A stretch of 39,708 bases of DNA from Candidatus Methanophagales archaeon (GTDB taxonomy: Archaea; Halobacteriota; Syntropharchaeia; Alkanophagales; Methanospirareceae). Below the pieces are notes generated by a model, which was given only the letters and a program-made list of their open reading frames with translations, did no database searches and had not been told where the DNA came from. Positions 7,046 to 14,943 of this stretch are shown in pieces. How positions within the stretch are numbered: the first letter of the stretch is position 1; each line of letters opens with the position of its first letter. Made by a program: the position numbers and the translations under genes. Location: NCBI GenBank assembly GCA_030612405.1, contig JAUWNY010000001.1, positions 1 to 39,708 on the forward strand, read 5' to 3'.

Positions 7046-7546
7046 ATGGACGTCAAGATAATTCGCAGTCAAAGAAGAAATAAAACGATAAGTGCACGAG
7101 AAGTGGATGGTGCCATTCACTTATACCTACCGGCGGCTATCTCGCGAGAGGAGGAGTTCAAGTACGTCCAGTGGGCGAAAAAGCGTTTCGAGTCGCGGCG
7201 ACGCAAGAACGAACTTACGGATAAAAATGCTGATGCCGTACTGGAACAGCGTGCTCGAGCACTCAACAAGCGGTATTTTGGTGGTGAACTTTCCTGGAAG
7301 CAGATGAGTTATACGACCGAGCAGAATACACGCACGTTCGGAACCTGTAACACGAGAACCAGAATAATCCGGATTTCCGACCGTCTGTTGAAAATGCCGA
7401 CATTTGTGCATGATTATGTTGTGGTGCATGAGCTTGCACACCTGAAGGTGCCACGACACGGACCCAAATTCTGGCAACTCGTGAATAGGTATCCAAAAAC
7501 CGAGCGAGCACGAGGGTATCTGATGGCGGTTGGGATGGGTGATTGA
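7046..7546 (+). CDS. DUF45/YgjP-like (M48/SprT-type) zinc metallopeptidase
   Basis: 166 aa. HExxH motif VVHELAHLKVPRHGPKFWQLV near the C-terminus, with the typical R-x-SxRxxR N-terminus. Confidence 0.75.
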   Translation: MDVKIIRSQRRNKTISAREVDGAIHLYLPAAISREEEFKYVQWAKKRFESRRRKNELTDKNADAVLEQRARALNKRYFGGELSWKQMSYTTEQNTRTFGTCNTRTRIIRISDRLLKMPTFVHDYVVVHELAHLKVPRHGPKFWQLVNRYPKTERARGYLMAVGMGD

Positions 7547-7611
7547 AAAAATGGAAAGAATAAATTTAATTTTAGATAGATGTAATAAGAAATAGAAAGT
7601 AGAAAGTAAAA

Positions 7612-10566
7612 ATGAATCCTGCAAATATTGTTGATTACCTGATAAAGGATATTAAGGAACGGCTTACGCTGGATGGTAAAAACAAAGTCTTTGAAGAAGG
7701 GAAAGAACTTCATTCTGAATTTATGAACGAGAAGGCGGAGCCAGAAGCATTTACGAGAGAATTCATGATTGACAAAATCCTCGATGCTTTTAGGTTGGAA
7801 AAACTGCCTGAGAAATCTTTTGAGACACCCAGTGGCTATCGCAGTGTAGATTACGGCATAAAGGGCAAAGGACACATGTTCCTGATTGAGGCAAAGCCTT
7901 TAAATGCTGATTTATTTGAAAAGGGTAAAGAAGGAGCTGTTAATCAAATAAAAGGCTTATTCAAACTTGCAGAAGTGAAGGAGAACTACGATTTTGGCGT
8001 GGCAAGTGACGGGTTGAGATGGGTATTCATTGACAAGCGTGGGAAAATAGTTGATGACCTGAAGTTAGTGGAGGATTTCGAAAAGATAAAGGAATACTCA
8101 GTAGGCAAGGAGAGAGTTGTTTCGGCGGAAACCGAAGAGGAGATAAGCAAGAAGTTTTACGACTGGTATAATGCGCTTTTGCACGGAGGCAGATATAAAG
8201 ACCATGAAAACAAGCTGAAGACCGTTTCTGAAGCCGATTGTCTGGTCAGCAATGTCCGTGGAGTGCAGGATTTGGATGAAAAGGAACAGATAGCGCAGGT
8301 AGTGATGAATCGGCTGATTTTTATCAAGTTCTTGCAGTCAAAAGGAATAATAGGTGAGGATATACTCCGATATTTGTTTGAAGTTAAAGAGGACATACTT
8401 ACAGCAAAGCTAAGACAATTGTTCTTTGGTGTGCTGAATACGCCAAAAGATGAGCGATTTGATGTTAATGAGCGGTTCCGAGAAATTCCGTACCTGAATG
8501 GGAGTTTGTTTGTTCACACCGAGGTTGAGAAGAGGAATGGGGATTATAAAATAAAAGCAGAGATTTTGAAGACGGTGATAGAGTTCTTAGACAGTTTCAA
8601 GTTCGTGCATAAGGAGCAGCTTGGGAACGAGGATTCCATAGACCCAGAAATTCTGGGCTATATCTTTGAAAGGACGATGACTGCCACGGACAGGAAGGGA
8701 ACAGGCGCGTATTATACCCCGAAACAAATAACAAGGTATATTTCCGAGAATACCATCTATTCTTACATAAATTACCGAACAAACGAATTTCTTAAGGAGA
8801 AGAAGGGCTACAAGGAAACTGAACTGGTCGAAGACATCGAGAAGTTATTTATCTTGCCCGCGACGACTCTGGAAGAAATATGGAAGCAGATAATACAAGA
8901 AATAAAGGTTCTGGATAATGCTTGTGGTTCTGGTGCGTTCTTGCTCACTGCAGCGAATATCCTGTTCGCGCTGAATAGAAGAATAGACGATAAATTGGGA
9001 CTGGGAAACTCGGACATCGCATTGAAGAAGTGGATTTTAGTGCATAATCTTTACGGTGTGGATATAAATCCGAGTGGGATAGAGATAGCGAAATTGAGGC
9101 TCTGGCTTTGGCTTGTTGATTCTTACGAGCCAGAACGCATAGAACCATTACCAAACATTGACTACAACCTCCGTGTGGGGAATAGTTTGATTGGATACGT
9201 GGATATAAATGACTTCAGGCAAACAAAACTCAATTTTTTGAACCATTTTATGGAAGAGGAAAAACCCACGCTGGATGAGTTTCTTAACGAGAGAAATCCG
9301 CTTCTACAAAAGTATAAAAGAGCGGAGGGAGAAGAAGCGAGGGGATTAAAAGATAAAATAAATGAGCTGGATGTGAAGATACAGAAGCTATTAAACGGGA
9401 ATCTTTATTTGAATTTCAGGGCAAGAAGAATAAAAATAAGCAAGGAAGATTTTCTACACCTGAAACCATTCCACTGGGGCTTTGAGTTCTATGACGTGTT
9501 TGATTCTGGAAAGCCAGAAGAGGAGCGAGGGTTCAATATAATCATCGGGAATCCACCTTACGTTGAGCTTAGCAAAGTTGGATATGGTTATCTACTTCCA
9601 GAATCGAGGAATTTGTATGATGCATTCATGAGGATTTCGATAAAAAAACTGCTTTACCCTGCGGGCATGTTTGGATTCATTCATGCGAACTCTGCCTATT
9701 GCCAGCCGAAATATAAAGCGCTGAGAAACTTCCTGAGGGAATATACAAACGATTTGACGATTATCAACTTTGCGATAAGACCACAACCAGTTTTTAAAGG
9801 TGTAATGCAAAGAACCGCTATTACGATATGTAAAAAGGATATTAGCGGCGCTAAAAGCGTCAAAACATCGAGATATCTTCGGCTCACCGAAGAAACCAGA
9901 AATAAAATCTTAAGTGAACCACCAATATACGATTGTAGTGAATTTGCATGGGATTTTGATGATTTTATACCCAAGATTGGAAGTGAAGAGGACTATAAAA
10001 TATTCAAAAAGGCGGTCAGTTGCCAGAAATCCTTAGGAGATATCCTAAGTCTAAATGGGAAAAAGGGCGTTTCTTTATTCTATCACGATAGCGGCGAATC
10101 GTATTGGACAAAGCTCTTAACTTACGAACCAAAAGGGATCAGGGACGGTAAGGAGGTCAAACCATCGCACTGGTTTGAGATAAAGGTAAATAGGGATTAT
10201 GCGGATTTTGTTACTTGTGCCGTAAACAGCACGCTGTTTTACTGGTTCTGGCTGACTATTTCTGATTGTAGAGATTTAACCCAAAACGTTATTAAACAGT
10301 TTCCAATCCCTTCTGCTGGTGCTATTTCCACTGATATGTCGAAAAAATTAAAAGGCTATGCTCGGAAATTAATGAAATGCTATAAAGAGAATTCTTATTT
10401 TGTGGAAAAAAGGAAAGGGTACAAATCACTGGAGTTCAAAGTGAACAGGTGCAAAAAGTTGATTAATGAAATTGACGCGATAATTGGAGAAATTTACGGA
10501 TTGACTGATGAAGAGATAGAATATTTAGTAGGATATGACCTGGAAATGAGGACGGAGAAGGATTAA
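7612..10566 (+). CDS. Single-chain Type IIG/IIL restriction-modification enzyme (PD-ExK nuclease + gamma-class N6-adenine methyltransferase + target-recognition region)
   Basis: 984 aa. Nuclease-like D..EAK in VDYGIKGKGHMFLIEAKP. GAYYTP motif, SAM motif I LDNACGSGAFLL and catalytic motif IV IIGNPPYVE. Long C-terminal region. Visibly A/T-rich relative to the flanks. Confidence 0.8.
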   Translation: MNPANIVDYLIKDIKERLTLDGKNKVFEEGKELHSEFMNEKAEPEAFTREFMIDKILDAFRLEKLPEKSFETPSGYRSVDYGIKGKGHMFLIEAKPLNADLFEKGKEGAVNQIKGLFKLAEVKENYDFGVASDGLRWVFIDKRGKIVDDLKLVEDFEKIKEYSVGKERVVSAETEEEISKKFYDWYNALLHGGRYKDHENKLKTVSEADCLVSNVRGVQDLDEKEQIAQVVMNRLIFIKFLQSKGIIGEDILRYLFEVKEDILTAKLRQLFFGVLNTPKDERFDVNERFREIPYLNGSLFVHTEVEKRNGDYKIKAEILKTVIEFLDSFKFVHKEQLGNEDSIDPEILGYIFERTMTATDRKGTGAYYTPKQITRYISENTIYSYINYRTNEFLKEKKGYKETELVEDIEKLFILPATTLEEIWKQIIQEIKVLDNACGSGAFLLTAANILFALNRRIDDKLGLGNSDIALKKWILVHNLYGVDINPSGIEIAKLRLWLWLVDSYEPERIEPLPNIDYNLRVGNSLIGYVDINDFRQTKLNFLNHFMEEEKPTLDEFLNERNPLLQKYKRAEGEEARGLKDKINELDVKIQKLLNGNLYLNFRARRIKISKEDFLHLKPFHWGFEFYDVFDSGKPEEERGFNIIIGNPPYVELSKVGYGYLLPESRNLYDAFMRISIKKLLYPAGMFGFIHANSAYCQPKYKALRNFLREYTNDLTIINFAIRPQPVFKGVMQRTAITICKKDISGAKSVKTSRYLRLTEETRNKILSEPPIYDCSEFAWDFDDFIPKIGSEEDYKIFKKAVSCQKSLGDILSLNGKKGVSLFYHDSGESYWTKLLTYEPKGIRDGKEVKPSHWFEIKVNRDYADFVTCAVNSTLFYWFWLTISDCRDLTQNVIKQFPIPSAGAISTDMSKKLKGYARKLMKCYKENSYFVEKRKGYKSLEFKVNRCKKLINEIDAIIGEIYGLTDEEIEYLVGYDLEMRTEKD

Positions 10567-10569
10567 GCT

Positions 10570-11835
10570 ATGCGCAAAGGAGATAATCAAGCTATGAAAA
10601 AAAACAAAGCTAAAGCTAAAGCATTATTGCTAATCTGTGATGGTCTCGGAGACCGCCCATCCATAGAAGGAAAGACGCCCTTACAAGCTGCTAATACGCC
10701 TTATTTAGATGAGATAAGCAAAGAGGGAATAAACGGGTTGATGGACGTCATCTCTCCCGGGATAGTACCCGGAAGCGATACGGCACATCTCGCAATCCTT
10801 GGCTACGACCCATACAAGTATTATCCAGGCAGAGGTGTGCTTGAAGCGCTTGGTGCTGATATGGAACTATGCAAAGGAGACGTTGCTTTCAGAGCGAATT
10901 TCGCTACCGTGGATGATAAGATGCGAATCATAGACCGAAGAGCCGGGAGGAAGGGCAGTAAAGATCTGGCAGAAGCACTAAACGGGCTTGAAATAGACCA
11001 CACCAAAATAATGTTCACGAATACCACGGAACACCGATGCGCACTGGTACTGAAAGGTGAGAATCTGTCAAAAGCGGTCTCTGATGTGGACACACATGAA
11101 GCTGGAAGCAAAGTAAAAAAATGTGTGCCGCTTAAACTCGAACTTGAGGAAGGCGAGAAAGAACTAAAGACCGCAAACATCGTGAATGAATTTGTCTCTC
11201 AGAGTTATGATATACTGAATGAGCATCCGGTAAACGAAGAAAGGAGGCGGAGAGGCGAACTACCTGCGAACATAATTTTGCTGCGAGGTGCGGGAAGCTA
11301 TGAGGAAGTGCCTCCGATGAAAGGCCGATTCGGATTCGGAGCTGCCTGCATAGCAGGAGCTTCTCTTTACAAAGGCGTTGCGAAATATCTCGGCATGGAC
11401 GTTGTGCCTGTTGAAGGTGCGACAGGCAGAGCGGATACGGATTTAAATAATAAAGCAGAAGCTGCTTTGCATGCATTGGAAAAGCATGATTTTGTTTTCC
11501 TTCACGTGAAAGCTACCGATAGCTTGGGACACGACGGCGATTTTAAAGGAAAGGAGGACATGATTTCGCGGATAGATAAAGAGCTTGTAGCACGAATAAA
11601 GGATGTTGACGCATATATCGCCATTACGGCAGACCACAGCACGCCCGTATCAATAAAACGACACAGCAGTGACCCTGTTCCCATAGTTATAAAAGGCGAG
11701 GGTGTCAGGAAAGACGGAATAACCAAATTTGATGAGATTTCCGCTGCTTCCGGCGGGTTGGGCAGGATAAGAGGTGTGGACTTAGTTCCGATATTATCGG
11801 ATTTTATGGGTTTTTATAAGATGTACGGGACGTGA
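10570..11835 (+). CDS. apgM: 2,3-bisphosphoglycerate-independent phosphoglycerate mutase, archaeal type
   Basis: 421 aa. LLLICDGLGDRP, SDTAHLAILGYDP, HVKATDSLGHDGD and ITADHSTP match the ApgM metalloenzyme motifs. The true start may be the internal Met at 10594. Confidence 0.9.
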   Translation: MRKGDNQAMKKNKAKAKALLLICDGLGDRPSIEGKTPLQAANTPYLDEISKEGINGLMDVISPGIVPGSDTAHLAILGYDPYKYYPGRGVLEALGADMELCKGDVAFRANFATVDDKMRIIDRRAGRKGSKDLAEALNGLEIDHTKIMFTNTTEHRCALVLKGENLSKAVSDVDTHEAGSKVKKCVPLKLELEEGEKELKTANIVNEFVSQSYDILNEHPVNEERRRRGELPANIILLRGAGSYEEVPPMKGRFGFGAACIAGASLYKGVAKYLGMDVVPVEGATGRADTDLNNKAEAALHALEKHDFVFLHVKATDSLGHDGDFKGKEDMISRIDKELVARIKDVDAYIAITADHSTPVSIKRHSSDPVPIVIKGEGVRKDGITKFDEISAASGGLGRIRGVDLVPILSDFMGFYKMYGT

Positions 11836-11886
11836 AGTCTCGACTGCTAACTCCATCACGCAAAGTAAAGACGTATAAAATTATAT

Positions 11887-11916
11887 GGACGCAGATTAAC
11901 GCGGATTAACGCAGAT
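11887..11916. repeat. GGACGCAGAT-type repeat: ggacgcagattaacgcggattaacgcagat
   Basis: It shares the ggacgcagatNNacgc core with both arms of the 14810-14884 hairpin. There is an internal 10-nt duplication (gattaacgc). It sits in a convergent intergenic region. Confidence 0.6.
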
Positions 11917-11945
11917 GAAAAAAATACATTTTAAAGTTTGTTAGT

Positions 11946-12164
11946 TCAAGCTAATTCATCCCTCGCCGCTTCTAACAGTGACGATGCTTCTTCCATGCTC
12001 TTTCCCGCTTCCTTCAAACGTCTACTGACATCCACGGGTCCAATCTCTTCTGCCTCTCTCGCCGCCTTCCTGAAACGTTCCGCATGCTCTTTATTATGCT
12101 CAACCCAATGTTCTAATTTCTTCCGTAACCTTTCGACCTTCTCCATTTTCTTCTCCTTATTCAT
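11946..12164 (-). CDS. Small all-helical His/Glu-rich protein of unknown function
   Basis: 72 aa. LEHWVEHNKEHAERF segment. The RBS-like sequence gggaggagaaga lies upstream of the ATG. No family recognised. Confidence 0.5.
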   Translation of the reverse strand: MNKEKKMEKVERLRKKLEHWVEHNKEHAERFRKAAREAEEIGPVDVSRRLKEAGKSMEEASSLLEAARDELA

Positions 12165-12190
12165 AGTCTTCTCCTCCCTAAATAGTGATC

Positions 12191-12254
12191 AGGGACTAGG
12201 GACTTTAGCCTAACCCCTAGTGGCTAGTGCCTATTGCCTATTGCCTGGTGGCTA
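12191..12254. repeat. Short direct-repeat tract (agggact x2; tgcctat x2; tggcta x2)
   Basis: Read directly: agggactagggact...tagtggctagtgcctattgcctattgcctggtggcta. It lies between the ahcY stop and the start of the small ORF. Confidence 0.4.
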
Positions 12255-13508
12255 CGTCCCAAAATCCCACGAGCTGAGATATTTCTTCTGCTCTTCCGTC
12301 AGTTCCTCTACCTCCACGCCCATTGACTTCAGCTTCAATCGAGCCACTTCCTCGTCTATATCCTTCGGTACGGGATATACCTCTTTGCGAAGCTTCTCAT
12401 GATTCTCTACTATATATCTCACGCACAGCGCCTGATCTGCGAAACTCATGTCCATTACCTCCGGAGGATGCCCGTATGCCGCAGCGAGGTTCACAAGTCG
12501 GCCTTCGGAAAGCAGATACAGCTTCCTGCCGTCGGTCATCCGATATTCAACCACGTTCTCTTTTATCTCGTTTTTCGCCACTGCCATCTCTTCCAGGTCG
12601 TTTGTGTTTATCTCGACATTAAAATGACCCGTATTGGCAAGAATTGCGCCGTCTTTCATCAACTCCATATGCTCGCCGCGTATAACAGACGTATCGCCGG
12701 TAGCAGTGATAAAGAGGTCGCCGATTTTTGCCGCTTCTCGCATTGGCATCGCCCTGTATCCATCCATAACCGCCTCTAATGCTTTTCGCGGGTTTGTCTC
12801 CACTACTACCACGGATGACCCCAGCCCCTTTGCCCTTAGCGCTACTCCTCGTCCACACCAGCCGTAGCCGGCTACTACGACAACCTTACCTGCAAGGAGA
12901 ATATTTGTCGCATTCATCACGCCATGAATTGTGCTCTGCCCGGTTCCGTATCGGTTATCAAACATCATTTTCGTCTCTGCATCGTTAACCGCGATAAAAG
13001 GGAAGCCCAGCTTGTTCTCCTTCGCTCTTGCGTGAAGTCTTATCACGCCCGTGGTCGTCTCTTCACAGCCGCCCATTATGTTTTTCATCTGTTCTTCGTG
13101 CTCTGCGTGAATCTTTGTAGTTGCATCGCCGCCATCGTCAAGCACTACCGAAGGTTCTATCCTGAGTGCCTCATCCAGGCATTCGTAATATTCCTCGTTA
13201 CTCTGTCCCCTGAATGCGTATGTTCTTATTCCAAGCGAAGCCAAAGCAGCAGCTATGTCGTCCTGCGTAGAGAGCGGATTGGCAGCCGTAAGTGCAACTT
13301 CCGCACCACCCGCTTTTAGTGCTAAGACAAGATTCGCCGTCTCCACCGTGACGTGCAAACATGCTATCACATTTACACCTTCTAACGGCTTCTCACGCTC
13401 ATATCTATCCCTTATCATGCTCAAAACCGGCATTCTACCACCGACCCACTCTATTCTCGTTTTCCCGCCTTCTGCAAGGTTTATGTCCTTTATCCTGTAA
13501 TTATTCAT
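12252..13508 (-). CDS. ahcY: S-adenosyl-L-homocysteine hydrolase (or the closely related archaeal S-inosylhomocysteine hydrolase)
   Basis: 418 aa. Motifs [19 protein letters not shown], the NAD-binding [12 protein letters not shown], and GHFNVEI are textbook SAHH motifs. Confidence 0.95.
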   Translation of the reverse strand: MNNYRIKDINLAEGGKTRIEWVGGRMPVLSMIRDRYEREKPLEGVNVIACLHVTVETANLVLALKAGGAEVALTAANPLSTQDDIAAALASLGIRTYAFRGQSNEEYYECLDEALRIEPSVVLDDGGDATTKIHAEHEEQMKNIMGGCEETTTGVIRLHARAKENKLGFPFIAVNDAETKMMFDNRYGTGQSTIHGVMNATNILLAGKVVVVAGYGWCGRGVALRAKGLGSSVVVVETNPRKALEAVMDGYRAMPMREAAKIGDLFITATGDTSVIRGEHMELMKDGAILANTGHFNVEINTNDLEEMAVAKNEIKENVVEYRMTDGRKLYLLSEGRLVNLAAAYGHPPEVMDMSFADQALCVRYIVENHEKLRKEVYPVPKDIDEEVARLKLKSMGVEVEELTEEQKKYLSSWDFGT

Positions 13509-13665
13509 ACGTTAAACCATACCCCCTTGTCCTACTGTTTACTGAAACTATGAACTGTATTACAATAAAAAGCTTTTTATTCCTTTTTTGCTTATAGTTT
13601 AATATATGTAACGAAAAGTAGAAGAAGGTAAGGCGGCAATATCGTGGTAGAGGTAAGAGAAATAA

Positions 13666-14037
13666 ATGATAGTAAAGGATATAATCGAGGAATCGGCTCT
13701 GACACTCGCAGAAGCCAGGGATATTTTGACTGCACCGAGGAAGCGTGAGCGAGGGAAGGAAGAGAAAGGGGCGGCGGAAGAGAATGAAATGAGGTTCGAG
13801 CGAAGAAAAGCGGTTGAGAATACGACAAAGTTCGCCAAACTCGGAGCTAAAGAGTCAAGAGCCCTTATAAATGAGCTTCTGGAGTTAGAGAAAACAAAAG
13901 AGGAGATTGCCATTCGGATTGCTGACCTGATGCCAAAGAGCAATAATGAGGTTCGAGCAATCTACGCGAAGGAGAGATTCACACTTACCGAGGCAAACAT
14001 AGAACAAATACTTGATTGCGTTGCCAAGTATGAATGA
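13666..14037 (+). CDS. rpoF: DNA-directed RNA polymerase subunit Rpo4/F
   Basis: 123 aa. The layout is LTLAEARDIL...FAKLGAKESRALINELLEL...IADLMPKSNNEVRAIYAKERF. A DUF655 gene follows, as in the conserved archaeal pair. Confidence 0.75.
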   Translation: MIVKDIIEESALTLAEARDILTAPRKRERGKEEKGAAEENEMRFERRKAVENTTKFAKLGAKESRALINELLELEKTKEEIAIRIADLMPKSNNEVRAIYAKERFTLTEANIEQILDCVAKYE

Positions 14038-14117
14038 ATGAGTTACACAAAACAAAAAAGTTTGGATTTTTTGATTTTTTAAAAAAAAATTCTAAAAAGT
14101 TTTAGAGGGGAGAGAGG

Positions 14118-14732
14118 ATGAGAGGGAACGAGTATGAAAAGAGGGGTAGGATAGAGAGGGGAAGGGAAAGTGGAAGGGAAAAGAAACGGGAAACGCATGT
14201 CCATATCCTTGATTATTTGCCCTACGGGCACCCCGAAGATTCTCGACCGGTATATCAGAAAAAACCACTTGTTCAGGCTGTTGGCGAGGCTAAGTTCGTC
14301 TTAATGGAACTTTCACCGAAGAAAGATAAAATCCCGGCGGTGTATGAACGCGTATATATTGGAGAAGGGGAGCGAGACGTAATAGACCATGTAATCAAGC
14401 GATTGAGATATACGGAACTGACACAGACGGCGAAGGTAGAACTTCCTTATATTCTGGAGAAAATGGTAACGGATGATGAAGAAAGATTCATACGGGCGTT
14501 CAACGAAGCAAAACCCATCACCACGAGATTGCACACGCTCGATTTGATGCCCGGGATAGGGAAGAAATTGATGTGGGCAATAGTGGAAGAGAGGGAGAAA
14601 GGGGAGTTTTCCGGTTTCGAAGACCTCACGAAACGAGTTAAAGGGCTTCATCATCCTGAGAAGATAATTGCAAAGCGAATAGAAGAGGAAATAATGGAAG
14701 AGGACATGAAATACAAAATTTTTACGGGTTAA
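14118..14732 (+). CDS. DUF655 family protein (putative RNA-binding, HhH-containing; conserved partner of rpoF)
   Basis: 204 aa. HILDYLPYGHPEDSRPVYQKKPLVQAVGE and LHTLDLMPGIGKKLMWAIVEER are typical of DUF655. Confidence 0.8.
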   Translation: MRGNEYEKRGRIERGRESGREKKRETHVHILDYLPYGHPEDSRPVYQKKPLVQAVGEAKFVLMELSPKKDKIPAVYERVYIGEGERDVIDHVIKRLRYTELTQTAKVELPYILEKMVTDDEERFIRAFNEAKPITTRLHTLDLMPGIGKKLMWAIVEEREKGEFSGFEDLTKRVKGLHHPEKIIAKRIEEEIMEEDMKYKIFTG

Positions 14733-14934
14733 GAAATTATTAACCACCAGATTACACAGATTTCCACGAGATTATTTATTGTATATAAAGTATATCTCCC
14801 TTCTATTTAGGACGCAGATTTACGCAGAAAACTATTTCCTCAAATTATATTTAAAATCCTGATTATCTGCGTTCATCTGCGTCCGATTATCAGAAATTAT
14901 TCTTTTTTATGTAATCTTGTGGTTTATTAATTGC
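14733..14934. repeat. MITE-like composite: terminal inverted copies of the AACCAC(A/C)AGATTACA repeat flanking an internal 19-bp-stem hairpin
   Basis: The left end gaaattattaaccaccagattaca (14733-14756) pairs with the reverse complement of the right end tgtaatcttgtggtttattaattgc (14910-14934). The inner arms ggacgcagatttacgcaga (14810-14828) and tctgcgttcatctgcgtcc (14866-14884) pair at 17/19. No ORF is present. Confidence 0.55.
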
Positions 14935-14943
14935 ACCTTCGCC

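Noticed and set aside
7127-7875. Minus-strand ORFs 7127..7624 and 7414..7875 (165 and 153 aa)
   Set aside because: They are antisense to the DUF45 gene and to the A/T-rich 5' end of the R-M gene. Their F/L/I/S-rich composition is typical of antisense translation of A/T-rich DNA, and they have no motifs.
13599-13943. Minus-strand 114-aa ORF opposite rpoF
   Set aside because: It is Ser/Phe-rich shadow-ORF sequence antisense to a gene with a recognisable Rpo4/F pattern.
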